Source: a bacterium (GTDB taxonomy: Bacteria; Myxococcota_A; UBA9160; UBA6930). From it: a stretch of DNA of 64,000 nt. Made by a program: the position numbers and the translations under genes. Below are positions 1-9,189 of the stretch, in pieces (the first letter of the stretch is position 1; every line of letters starts with the position of its first letter). The stretch is taken from positions 3,046 through 67,045 of the forward strand of contig JAAELW010000238.1 of the NCBI GenBank assembly GCA_024226235.1, read 5' to 3'. The notes below the pieces were generated by a model. That model made no database searches and was not told where the DNA came from. It saw only the letters and a program-made list of their open reading frames with translations.

Positions 1-297
1 GCCATTGCCCAGTTCCGAGAAGCGATCAGCGCGAATCCGAAGTACACGGCTGCGTACAACAACCTGGCGGGCAACCTGATCAAGCAGGGAAAACTGGACG
101 AAGCCGCGTCGAACTACCGGCTCTCTCTCCGCGAGAAGCCGAGCCCCATCCTCCATAACCAACTCGGAGTGATCCTCGTTCGGCTGGGCCGGACCGACGA
201 AGCCGCTCGGGAGTTCCGCAACGCACTCGCGTTGAACCCCGGGTATGCGGAGGCGCGAAGCAATCTCACGGCCCTTGGCGGGGGTCCCGAGCGCTAG
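1..297 (+). CDS. TPR-repeat protein, C-terminal fragment (5' end lies outside the window)
   Basis: Frame 1 is open from base 1 to TAG at 295-297. The translation AIAQFREAISANPKYTAAYNNLAGNLIKQGKLDEAASNYR...FRNALALNPGYAEARSNL shows repeated TPR-like A..Y.NLG....G..DEA periodicity. Confidence 0.75.
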   Translation, partial: AIAQFREAISANPKYTAAYNNLAGNLIKQGKLDEAASNYRLSLREKPSPILHNQLGVILVRLGRTDEAAREFRNALALNPGYAEARSNLTALGGGPER

Positions 298-423
298 CAT
301 CCGCATGCCATCTGACGAAGCCGCCGTCGGAACTCCCCTTCATCCCACCTCTTGACAGCGGAGATCCGGTGCTTGTTTGTTCCTTCTGAGCGCGTGAGGA
401 CAGGGCGAGATGTTTCGTCCGTG

Positions 424-442
424 CCTTTCGCGAGGAGGAAGG
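424..442 (+). promoter_or_regulatory. Candidate SD-sequestering hairpin (RNA-thermometer-like) in the hsp20 leader
   Basis: CCUUUC (424-429) can pair fully with GGAAGG (437-442) of the Shine-Dalgarno region, leaving a 7-nt loop, just upstream of ATG 446. A TTGACA -35-like hexamer sits at 352-357. Confidence 0.25.
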
Positions 443-445
443 GAC

Positions 446-901
446 ATGGCAACCGAGAGAGAGTCGAGACTGTCGCGAATCGATCCCACCTTCGATCTCG
501 AACCGTTCTTCGGGGGTTCGGGGATGGGGCGCCTGATGGAGGGGATGCTCGGCCGCTCCGCTGCGCGAACGGGAGCCTGGCTCCCAGCCGTCGACGTGAA
601 TGAGAGTGATCTGGCGTTCGTCGTGACGGCTGAGCTTCCCGGGGCGAAAAGCGAGGACATCACCGTCGAGGGTCATGGCGATCTGTTGACCATCCGGGGA
701 GAGAAACGCAGCGAACGCGACGAGAAGGACGAGCATCGGCGTCTGATCGAGCGCAGCTACGGCTCTTTCAGCCGCTCTTTCACGCTCCCGCCCACTGCAG
801 ATGGTGATCGCGTAGAGGCGGATTTCAAGGACGGCGTACTCACGATCACGATCCCCAAGCAAGAGGAGCACAAGCCGCGCACGGTGCCGATCCGGTCGTA
901 G
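446..901 (+). CDS. Hsp20/alpha-crystallin family small heat-shock protein
   Basis: Alpha-crystallin domain: PAVDVNESDLAFVVTAELPGAKSEDITVEGHGDLLTIRGEK...SYGSFSRSFTLP...ADFKDGVLTITIPK. I moved the start from 410 to ATG 446, which is preceded by GAGGAGGAAGGG. Confidence 0.9.
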   Translation: MATERESRLSRIDPTFDLEPFFGGSGMGRLMEGMLGRSAARTGAWLPAVDVNESDLAFVVTAELPGAKSEDITVEGHGDLLTIRGEKRSERDEKDEHRRLIERSYGSFSRSFTLPPTADGDRVEADFKDGVLTITIPKQEEHKPRTVPIRS

Positions 902-983
902 GCCGCGGAGGCGGAATTCGATCTGGAAGGCTCGCTTACGGCTGACTACGATCTGACTCTCGAGGCAACAACCAAGGAGAGTC

Positions 984-1862
984 ATGACGAAGACCATCGA
1001 TCAGGCAGTGCGGTACGAAGAGCGCGGGACGCTGGCGGTCATCACGCTGAATCGCCCGGACAAGCTCAATACCCTGACGGAGGCGATGGTCCAGGGCCTC
1101 GCCGATTGCATCGACACCGCGACGGCATCCCGCGAGGTCCGGGCCGTGGTGCTGCGGGGCGAGGGGCGTGTCTTCACCGCCGGCTACGACCTGACTGCTG
1201 GCGAATATGCGGACTGGTCGAACCCCTACGGCGCCCCGAGTGTCGAGCCCCGCCCGGGAGCCTGGGATCCGGTCCGCGACTGGCAGTTCATGGGGAAGAA
1301 CGTCGAGCGCTTCATGAAGATCTGGCACTGCCCCAAGCCGGTCATCGGACAGATCCACGGATTCGCAGTCGGTGGAGCGACTGACATGGTCTTGTGCTGT
1401 GACCAACTCTTCATGGCCGAGGATGCCTACATCGGGTACGCCCCGTCACGGATTTTCGGCACTCCGACGACCATGCTCTGGATCTACCGGCTGGGTCTGG
1501 AGCACGCGAAGCAGTTCTTGCTGACCGGTGAGGCCATCGATGCGGAGACGGCGCTGCGGATCGGTCTGGTGTCGAAGGTGTATCCGGCAGCCGAACTCGA
1601 TGCGCGCGTCGAAGAGCACGCGAGCCGGTTCCAACACATCCCGGCCAACCAGCTCGCGTTGAACAAGCTGCTGATCAACCAGGCCTTCGAGAACATGGGC
1701 CTGCGTACCACGCAGCTCCTCGGCACGTTCTTCGACGGGGTCACCCGCCACACCGAAGAGGCCTACCGCTGGGCCGAGTCCTTTGGGGAAAAGGGGTTCC
1801 GGGAGGTCATTCGCGAGCGCGATGAGCCTTGGGGGGACTACGGAGAGCGCCGCCGCCGATAG
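984..1862 (+). CDS. Enoyl-CoA hydratase/isomerase (crotonase) family protein
   Basis: LAVITLNRPDKLNTL...VVLRGEGRVFTAGYDL...IHGFAVGGATDMVLCCD. AAGGAG lies upstream of the ATG. Confidence 0.9.
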   Translation: MTKTIDQAVRYEERGTLAVITLNRPDKLNTLTEAMVQGLADCIDTATASREVRAVVLRGEGRVFTAGYDLTAGEYADWSNPYGAPSVEPRPGAWDPVRDWQFMGKNVERFMKIWHCPKPVIGQIHGFAVGGATDMVLCCDQLFMAEDAYIGYAPSRIFGTPTTMLWIYRLGLEHAKQFLLTGEAIDAETALRIGLVSKVYPAAELDARVEEHASRFQHIPANQLALNKLLINQAFENMGLRTTQLLGTFFDGVTRHTEEAYRWAESFGEKGFREVIRERDEPWGDYGERRRR

Positions 1863-1956
1863 GCGTCTACCGGCCGTGGGTCCGACCGCGACCGCATGGC
1901 GCCGGTGGTGGGCTACGCGTTGACCGGCCCGCTCGGCCAACGTAGCCTCGGGGCCT

Positions 1957-2400
1957 GTGCAACCCAACCTGACCCATGTCGCGATTCATGCAGAAGACCT
2001 CGCGCAGTGCGTAGCGTTCTATCAGAGCTACTGCTCGATGGCGGTCTGCCATCGACGAGATGATCAAGGCGCCGGGGTGGTGTGGTTGGCTGAGCCGGGA
2101 CGCGAGAGCGAACTCATCATCGTGATCATTGGCGGTGGTTCCGCATCAGACCAGAAGGATGGGGACTTCAGCCATCTGGGTTTCGCGGTCGAGAGCCGCG
2201 AGCAGGTGGATGCAATCGCGGCGCGAGCCAAGCGGGAAGGATGTCTCGTCTGGCCTCCTCGTCAGGAAGCCCAGCCTGTCGGCTATTTCTGCGGAATTCG
2301 AGATCCGAATGGGAACTGTGTAGAGTTCAGTTTCGGCCAGCCTCTGGGGCCCGGCGCGCGTGAGTCCGAGATCGAAGCCGAAGCCCAAACGCAGGACTGA
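1957..2400 (+). CDS. VOC (glyoxalase/bleomycin-resistance/dioxygenase) family protein
   Basis: LTHVAIHAEDLAQCVAFY...FSHLGFAVESREQVDAI...GIRDPNGNCVEFSFG fits the paired beta-alpha-beta-beta-beta VOC pattern. GTG start. Confidence 0.8.
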   Translation: MQPNLTHVAIHAEDLAQCVAFYQSYCSMAVCHRRDDQGAGVVWLAEPGRESELIIVIIGGGSASDQKDGDFSHLGFAVESREQVDAIAARAKREGCLVWPPRQEAQPVGYFCGIRDPNGNCVEFSFGQPLGPGARESEIEAEAQTQD

Positions 2401-2449
2401 GATACGACGAGGCGCGATCACCCATCGCCCGTGGGAATGGGGTGGGGGC

Positions 2450-5400
2450 TCAGCTCCTGATGCGTCGCGCGGCGCGTCTCGCTGCGGCGAGCAACGCGAG
2501 GGCCCCGGCGACTTCGAAGCCGAGTCCGCAGGCGAACGTGACACCCGGCGACTCCGTTTCCGATCTTCCCGCGGCGCATCGCGCATCCGCGGCATCGGTT
2601 GCTCCGTCGAGGTCGTTGTCGAGGCCATCGTCACAGGGCGGGTCCTCGCGCTGGCCTAGCGGGTGGGCGCAACCGGGATCGTCCGGGAAGTCCGTCCAGC
2701 CGTCACCGTCATCATCGAGGCCATTCTGGCAGACGGGCGCCGGCATATCGCAGTCGGGGTCGTCGCTGTCGATCCAGCCGTCGAGGTCGCCATCTTCCGC
2801 ATCGGAGCAGGCTTCCCCGGCCACGATCCGGACTTCGCGAGCAAGACTTGCATTGCCATCGGGGTCGGTGACGACCAGTTCGACCCGAAACGGGCCCGGA
2901 CGATCGATCGCGAGGGTCGGGGTCTTGGTATCGGCCTCCGAAAGAAGCCACTCGCTGCCCGGAGGTGCGGAGAGCAGCCGCCAGCGTGCGGAGAGTGGAT
3001 CGCCATCGGCGTCGCAACTCCAGGTGCTGTCGAGTGTGAGCAGCTCACCGACATTGGCTCTCCGATCGGGCCCCGGGTCGGCAGCCGGTCGAGCGTTGCC
3101 GGGAGCGGCACGCAACTTGAAGCGGGTCTCGCTGCCGAGCACGACGCGGGCGCCAGCCGGAGTGGCGGTGAAACCACAGACGCCGTCTGCGCCCGCCACT
3201 AGAAAGGGAAGGTTCTTCACGTCGACGAGATGTGCGGAGGCGTCGACCACCAGGTCGGCGCTTTGCTCGTGCAGCCGGATGGAGAGGAATCCGGGCTCCG
3301 GGGTCTCGAGGTAGGTCACCCCTCCGAACGCGAGCCGGCCGCCTCCCTCGACGATCGCGTGTCGCAGGCTTCCGTCCGTGTGGGCATCGAAGATGGCGAG
3401 GTTCGCGCTCACCTCGGTCTCCGGAAGGCCGGTCGCCGCAGTCGGCAACAGCAGCGCGGGTCCACGAGCGCGGCGATGCACCGCAATCAGCCGCCTGTCC
3501 GATGCTGGTTGGTCGAGGCGAATCCCGGCGGCGCCCACTAGATCGAGCGAAGTGAGGGTGGGGATCCCTTCATGGCTCGGTGACGGCGCCAGCAGGAGCA
3601 GGGAGCGAAGCCTCGAGCCGCTGGAAGTGGCCTCCAGCACGTCGTGGGTGAGGCTCGCTTTGCCCGGACCCTCGTGGTTGCTGACGCGCGTCGAGAAGGT
3701 CGGCGCTCCGGCACCATCATCGTCGAAGCCCGCATCGAGCCGTGCCTGCGCCCGGGTCCAGCGGCCGCCGTGAGGCAGCGCCTGGTAGCTCCCTCCACTG
3801 GTTCCGCCTCCATTGCCGTGGACCTGCCAGGTGAAGTCGTGTGCCTGCCCGGGTTCCGCGTCCAGCGAGTCGGCGATCAGCAGCAGGCTTCCATCGAGGA
3901 AGAGGAAGCGCCGGTCGATCCGCGGAGCGTTGGCAGAGGGGGCGGCGTAGCTCCAGGCGCCGTAGCGGGTGATGACGCGCGCGGCTGCGAGCCCCTCTGC
4001 ATCCAACAAGTCGGTCAGGATTGCGTGCCCATCCACAGGCGGGCGCAGATCCGGTGCGGTTGCCCAGAGGAGTGTTCCGCTGAGGTAATCGAACGGGCCC
4101 TGACCGTCGACCAGGATGATGCTGTGATCTTGCGGCTTGCCGACCATGGACCGTAGATCGAAGCTGAGGTACCCGGGATCGAGGGCCAGGCGCTCTCCGT
4201 AGGCGTGAAGCAGGAAGGCACCCGGCTCGGCATGTTCGTGCGATTGGGGGAACAGCGCGTTGCCGTCGCGATCGCGCCCGAATAGCGAGGCGACATCGTG
4301 CTCCGCCTGGACCACGGCCACGACCGCGTCCTCGGACCAGGCGCTGCGGAAAATGGCGTTTCCTCCTTCGGGGTAGAACGCGTTCGGGCGATCAGTGGGA
4401 GCCGCTGGCGTGATGCCATCGTCGTAGATCGCGATCGCATCTGGTCCGAGATCGACGTTTCCGTCAGTTTCGAATGGGGAAGGTGCATTCGCCCATCGCC
4501 AGGCAAAGGCGGCTGCATCGGGATGCGTCGTCGGGTAGGCGCCGAAGTAGTGGGAGCGCCCGACGTTGGCGTCGTCCTGTGGCACCAGGGAGCCATCGGG
4601 GAGGGTCATGTCGAGCAGCCACCGGAGCTGTCTCGACGTCACCGGGTGGCGCCATAGGCTCGGGTAGCTGCGCTCGCCAACCGACACCACGGCTCCACCG
4701 AACAGGCGATCCCAGGTGCGGGCGAATGGGATCCAGTTCTGGTGGGTGAAGCGGAGGTAGAAGGGGCCTTCCGCGTAGGCGCCGTCGCCGGTCACCAGCG
4801 CGTCGCGCAAGATGGTGTGGGTCAGGTCGAGGCCGAGCACGACCCAGTCGGCCGGGTCTCGGATCGCGTCCGGGTCGGTTCCCGGTGCGGGTGCGTACTC
4901 AGCCAGCGCCATGGCGGCCACGACCAGAGACATCCCGGTCTTGGAGCGGTGATTGTTCTGGTGCATGTTGGGATAGCCACCGGCCGTTTCCGGGTTGCGG
5001 TAGTTCAGGAACAGCTCGGAGGCGAGGGCGACCAGCCGGTCCACGATCTCCGCCTCGTCGTCCGGATCGAATGCATAACCAGCGCCCTTCAGCGTGTCGT
5101 AGGCGGTCGCGAATTGGAGGAGTTCCTCCGAGGTCGAGATGTCCCGGTCCGAGCCGCCGAGTGGCGGCGGGACGGCGATCCGGCTTCGGGGGTAGAGGTG
5201 GAGGAGCCAGTCGCGCACTCGGTCTCCCTCGGCTTGGCGCGCGGCGGGGCTGGGGAAGGGGACGATGGCGTTGTCGATCCGTGTCCGGTCGAGCGCGTAG
5301 AGAAATGCGCGAACCTTGGCCGCACGCGCCTTGAAGCGCTGCGCTTCGATGCCGTGGTCGTCCAGCAGGATCCCGTCCGCCATCATTGCGCGCCCGAGCA

Positions 5401-5578
5401 TCTGATCGAACAGAGTCCGGTAGGGCTCCCGCTCGAGCCGGTCCTGAAGCTCCGGGATGTCACCCGGGCGTGACAGGATCCGGGGCCGGGTCCAGTCCGC
5501 CTCCGTCGGGAGCCACTCTGCCAGGCCGAGGCTCGGCACGAGCAGGATCAGGAACGCGGCGACGGGAAGCCAACGCAT
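2450..5578 (-). CDS. Secreted heparinase II/III-like polysaccharide lyase with a PKD-like domain, Cys/Asp-rich calcium-type repeats and a C-terminal sorting-type tail
   Basis: Signal peptide MRWLPVAAFLILLVPSLGLA. Heparinase II/III-like core (DGAYAEGPFYLRFTHQNWIPF, LALDPGY). PKD-like segment (DADGDPLSARWRLLSAPPGS...VTDPDGN). Repeats CQNGLDDDGDGWTDFPDDPGC / CDDGLDNDLDGATD. Tail FACGLGFEVAGALALLAAARRAARRIRS. The alternative upstream start at 5632 is less likely. Confidence 0.8.
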   Translation of the reverse strand: MRWLPVAAFLILLVPSLGLAEWLPTEADWTRPRILSRPGDIPELQDRLEREPYRTLFDQMLGRAMMADGILLDDHGIEAQRFKARAAKVRAFLYALDRTRIDNAIVPFPSPAARQAEGDRVRDWLLHLYPRSRIAVPPPLGGSDRDISTSEELLQFATAYDTLKGAGYAFDPDDEAEIVDRLVALASELFLNYRNPETAGGYPNMHQNNHRSKTGMSLVVAAMALAEYAPAPGTDPDAIRDPADWVVLGLDLTHTILRDALVTGDGAYAEGPFYLRFTHQNWIPFARTWDRLFGGAVVSVGERSYPSLWRHPVTSRQLRWLLDMTLPDGSLVPQDDANVGRSHYFGAYPTTHPDAAAFAWRWANAPSPFETDGNVDLGPDAIAIYDDGITPAAPTDRPNAFYPEGGNAIFRSAWSEDAVVAVVQAEHDVASLFGRDRDGNALFPQSHEHAEPGAFLLHAYGERLALDPGYLSFDLRSMVGKPQDHSIILVDGQGPFDYLSGTLLWATAPDLRPPVDGHAILTDLLDAEGLAAARVITRYGAWSYAAPSANAPRIDRRFLFLDGSLLLIADSLDAEPGQAHDFTWQVHGNGGGTSGGSYQALPHGGRWTRAQARLDAGFDDDGAGAPTFSTRVSNHEGPGKASLTHDVLEATSSGSRLRSLLLLAPSPSHEGIPTLTSLDLVGAAGIRLDQPASDRRLIAVHRRARGPALLLPTAATGLPETEVSANLAIFDAHTDGSLRHAIVEGGGRLAFGGVTYLETPEPGFLSIRLHEQSADLVVDASAHLVDVKNLPFLVAGADGVCGFTATPAGARVVLGSETRFKLRAAPGNARPAADPGPDRRANVGELLTLDSTWSCDADGDPLSARWRLLSAPPGSEWLLSEADTKTPTLAIDRPGPFRVELVVTDPDGNASLAREVRIVAGEACSDAEDGDLDGWIDSDDPDCDMPAPVCQNGLDDDGDGWTDFPDDPGCAHPLGQREDPPCDDGLDNDLDGATDAADARCAAGRSETESPGVTFACGLGFEVAGALALLAAARRAARRIRS

Positions 5579-5718
5579 GAGGGCGCGTCTTCGTACCGGA
5601 GCTCTGCGTGGGTGCGTCTCGGGGAGGGGCATCAGCGGGGTTTCTCGAGGTTGCGCCCCGGGGCTCGGGCACGCCTCATCGCGAGTATACCAGCCGGGTG
5701 GAAGGCCCGGACGGGGCT

Positions 5719-8700
5719 ATGCTCGGCTGCGCAAACGAGTACCGAGGCCCACAGGAGCATCCCCGTTTGAGCTTTCTGGACATCGTCCGACGTGCGAAGG
5801 CCTACCTGGAGGAGCAGGGTAGGGTCTCGCTCCGCGCACTGAAGCGCGAGTTCGATCTCGATGAAGAGACCCTCGGCGATCTGGTCGACGAACTCGTGGA
5901 TGTGCAACTGGTTGCGGCCCACGAAGGCAAGATCCTCTCGTGGGTTGGTTCCACCCGGACGATTCGCGAGCCGGGAGCGCAGCCCGCCGGGGCCGAGCGT
6001 CGCCAGCTCACGGTCATGTTCTGCGATCTCGTCGGCTCCACGGATCTTTCGCAGCGTCTCGATGCAGAGGATCTGCGAACCATCGTGCGCGCCTACCATG
6101 AATCGGCCTCTGGGATCGTCGAGCGGTTCGAGGGCCATATCGCGCAGTACCTGGGTGACGGCCTGCTCGTCTACTTCGGTTATCCCCAAGCTTACGAAGA
6201 CGCCGCCGAACGGGCGGTCCGCGCCGGGCGCGGAATTCTCGCGGCACTCGTTCGGTTGAACGGCAGGTTGGAGGCAGAGTACGGCATTCGCCTTGCCGCG
6301 CGGATCGGCATCCACACCGGCCCGGTCGTGGTCGGCGAGATCGGGGGCGGCGGAAGGAGCGAGGCACTCGCTCTTGGAGACACGACGAATATTGCGGCGC
6401 GGCTTCAGGGCATCGCCGATCCGGGAACGGTCGTAGCGAGCGGAGCCACGTTGCGCCTGGTCGACGGGAAGTTCTCGACCAGGGATCTCGGCACTCCGAT
6501 GCTGAAGGGCATCACCGATCCGATCCGAGCCTATACGGTGCTTCGGGTACCGCGGGTTCGCAGTCACCTCGCGATGGATTCGAGCAGGCTCACGCCACTC
6601 GTCGGATGTGATCAGGAACTGGGGATTCTGCTCGAACGGTGGGACAAGGTCGCGGAAGGTGAGGGCCAGGCGGTGCTCATCTCGGGCGATGCGGGCCTCG
6701 GCAAATCGCGGCTGCAGATCGCGTTCCGAGACCGGCTGGCCAACACGCCGCACGCGTGGCTCGAATGCCGCTGCTCGGCATATACGCAGCGGAGTGCCTT
6801 CCATCCCGTGATCGAGCTGTTGGAACGAGAGCTGGGGTTTCAGCCTGGTGACGAGCCCGAAACGAGGCTCGCGCGCCTGGAAGAGGGCATCGCTGCCACG
6901 GGCCTCGCTGTCGACGAGAGCGTGTCCTTGCTGGCCCCGCTGCTCGGGCTGCCGATTCCGGATCGCATTCAGCCGCCCGGGTTCTCTCCCGAGCATCAGC
7001 GCCAGAAGACCATCGAAGTCATGGTCGGCTGTGTCATTGGCCTTGCGCAGTCGCAACCGCTGGTCTTGATGGTGGAAGACCTCCATTGGTGTGATGCCTC
7101 GACGGTGGAGCTCCTGGGGTGGCTTCTCGAGCAGAATCCGGCGGCCAAGATCCTGACGCTCGTGAGCTTCCGGCCCAGCTTCGAACCGCCCTGGCCGACG
7201 CGCTCCCACATCACACCGCTGGCCCTGAAACGGCTCTCGCGTCGGCAGGCTACGAATCTGGTCCACGAGATGACCCGTGGCGTAGAGCTTCCCGACTCGA
7301 TCGTCGAGCGCATCGTCGAGCGCGCAGATGGCGTGCCGTTATTCGTCGAAGAGCTCACGAAGATGGTGTTGGAGTCGGACCTCGTGGAAGAGCACAGCGG
7401 CCGCTACGAACTCACGGGGCCGATCGCAGAGCTCGCGGTGCCGTCCACTCTCCAGGATTCGCTGATGGCGCGGCTCGATCGGCTTGCAGAGGGCAAAGAG
7501 GTCGCACAGCTCGGTGCCACCCTTGGACGCGAGTTCGTCTACGAGTTGTTGCGCAGTGTCTCGCTCGATGAGGAGCCCCGTCTGCGCGCGGGGCTGACCC
7601 AGCTCGTCGACGCCGAGCTCCTGTATCAACGCGGGGTGGTGCCAAACGCCGAGTTCACGTTCAAGCATGCGCTGATCCAGGAGACCGCCTACCAATCGCT
7701 TCTTCGAAGTGTCCGCCAGCAGTTCCACACGCGCATCGTACGAGTGCTCGAGGAGCAGTTTCCGGAGCGGGCTTTGCAGGAGCCCGAGGTGATCGCACGG
7801 CACTACGATGCGGCCGGCCTCTCCGAGTCGGCGATCGCGCACTACCAAAGGGCGGGTGAGCGCGCGATGGAGCGAATGGCGAACAAGGAAGCCTCGGGGC
7901 ACATGAGGCGCGCGCTGGATCTGCTGGCGGAGCTCCCGGAATCTCCCGGGCGGGATCAGACCGAGATCGACCTCCAGATGGCGATCGGAGCGCCGCTCGG
8001 AGTGGCGCAGGGGTTTGCGCATCCGGATTGCGAAGCGGCCTACAAGCGAGCGCGCGAACTAGCCGACAGGATCGACGGCGCCCCGGAACTCCCTCGAATT
8101 CTCGTGGGGTTGTCGATGACCCACTACATCAGGGGCGAACTATCGGTTTCGAGAGGGCTCGCCGAACAGGCACTTGCTGCTGCCGAGCCGCGGGGTGATA
8201 CGAATAGCCTCGCCTATGCGCACGAGTCGATGGGTCAGTCCCTCTACTGGGAGGGTCAGCTCGCGGATGCACTGCAGCATTTCGAGCAGGCCATCCGTTT
8301 CGATGATGCCCGCGATCGGGCGCCGATCGTGAATCCGGGGATCGACTGGGAGCCCGGCGTCGTGTCGCGCAGCCACGCGGCGCATTGTCATTGGGTGCTA
8401 GGCCGTCCCGAGCAGGCACTGGCGCTCGGCCGGGAGGCCGTATCCCTGGCCGAAGGACGCCAGCGTGCGATGAGTCATGCGATCGCTCTCCATTTCCTGG
8501 GTTTGATTCACGCACTCCGCGGCGAGTGGGCGCTGACCCGGAAGAGCACCGAAGATCTCATTGCGCTCTGTGACCGGCTCGGGTTCCCGGTCTATCTGGG
8601 GTTGGGAAGAGCCTACCGGGGTTGGGCACGTGCTCATCTGGAGGATCCCGCACAGGGCGTTGCAGAGATGCAACAGGGAATCGCCGAGATCGTCGGAACC

Positions 8701-9120
8701 GGAGGTGCAATTGGCGCAGGAGAAGCGATGAGCATGCACGCCGAGATCCTCTGGTCGGTCGGGCGGGGCGATGAAGCGCAAGGTGCTCTCGAGGTCGGAA
8801 CCGCTCTGTCCGAACAGCACGGTGAGCATCTGTGGGATGCGGAGCTGCGTCGGCTCCGGGCGGGAATCCTTCTGGACCAGCCCGACGGCCAGACGGAAGT
8901 AGCGGAAGGCCTCTTCGACGAGGCCCTCGAGATTGCGCGCAACCAGGGGGCCAGATCCTGGGAGCTGCGTGCCGCCACTGGCCTGGCACGGCTTCGACAG
9001 CATCAGGGCAGGAGGGTCGAGGCCCAAAGTCTCCTCGCCCAGGTCCACGACACGTTCACAGAGGGCTTCGACACGCTGGACCTGAAGGCAGCGAAGGCAC
9101 TGCTGGACGATCTCGCGTAG
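5719..9120 (+). CDS. Class III adenylate/guanylate cyclase domain - AAA (STAND-type) ATPase - TPR signalling protein
   Basis: Cyclase domain LTVMFCDLVGSTDLSQRL...YLGDGLLVYFGYPQAYEDAAERAV...RIGIHTGPVVVGEIGG. P-loop ISGDAGLGKSRL. Long C-terminal TPR-like helical repeats. The start is set to ATG 5719 so that it does not overlap the divergent gene. Confidence 0.9.
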   Translation: MLGCANEYRGPQEHPRLSFLDIVRRAKAYLEEQGRVSLRALKREFDLDEETLGDLVDELVDVQLVAAHEGKILSWVGSTRTIREPGAQPAGAERRQLTVMFCDLVGSTDLSQRLDAEDLRTIVRAYHESASGIVERFEGHIAQYLGDGLLVYFGYPQAYEDAAERAVRAGRGILAALVRLNGRLEAEYGIRLAARIGIHTGPVVVGEIGGGGRSEALALGDTTNIAARLQGIADPGTVVASGATLRLVDGKFSTRDLGTPMLKGITDPIRAYTVLRVPRVRSHLAMDSSRLTPLVGCDQELGILLERWDKVAEGEGQAVLISGDAGLGKSRLQIAFRDRLANTPHAWLECRCSAYTQRSAFHPVIELLERELGFQPGDEPETRLARLEEGIAATGLAVDESVSLLAPLLGLPIPDRIQPPGFSPEHQRQKTIEVMVGCVIGLAQSQPLVLMVEDLHWCDASTVELLGWLLEQNPAAKILTLVSFRPSFEPPWPTRSHITPLALKRLSRRQATNLVHEMTRGVELPDSIVERIVERADGVPLFVEELTKMVLESDLVEEHSGRYELTGPIAELAVPSTLQDSLMARLDRLAEGKEVAQLGATLGREFVYELLRSVSLDEEPRLRAGLTQLVDAELLYQRGVVPNAEFTFKHALIQETAYQSLLRSVRQQFHTRIVRVLEEQFPERALQEPEVIARHYDAAGLSESAIAHYQRAGERAMERMANKEASGHMRRALDLLAELPESPGRDQTEIDLQMAIGAPLGVAQGFAHPDCEAAYKRARELADRIDGAPELPRILVGLSMTHYIRGELSVSRGLAEQALAAAEPRGDTNSLAYAHESMGQSLYWEGQLADALQHFEQAIRFDDARDRAPIVNPGIDWEPGVVSRSHAAHCHWVLGRPEQALALGREAVSLAEGRQRAMSHAIALHFLGLIHALRGEWALTRKSTEDLIALCDRLGFPVYLGLGRAYRGWARAHLEDPAQGVAEMQQGIAEIVGTGGAIGAGEAMSMHAEILWSVGRGDEAQGALEVGTALSEQHGEHLWDAELRRLRAGILLDQPDGQTEVAEGLFDEALEIARNQGARSWELRAATGLARLRQHQGRRVEAQSLLAQVHDTFTEGFDTLDLKAAKALLDDLA

Positions 9121-9189
9121 ACCCGGCCCGCAGCAGTGCCGGGCGTCGCTGGGAATTGCTGCTTTCGAGCGCGCAGCACTCTCAGTCGA

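Noticed and set aside
9122-9143. A hairpin CCCGGC-N10-GCCGGG after the cyclase gene, considered as an intrinsic terminator. Other weak GC hairpins lie after genes ending at 34897 and 59285.
   Set aside because: The stems are short (5-6 bp), the loops are long or imperfect, and no U-tracts follow. I cannot distinguish them from chance palindromes in GC-rich DNA, so they are not listed as features.
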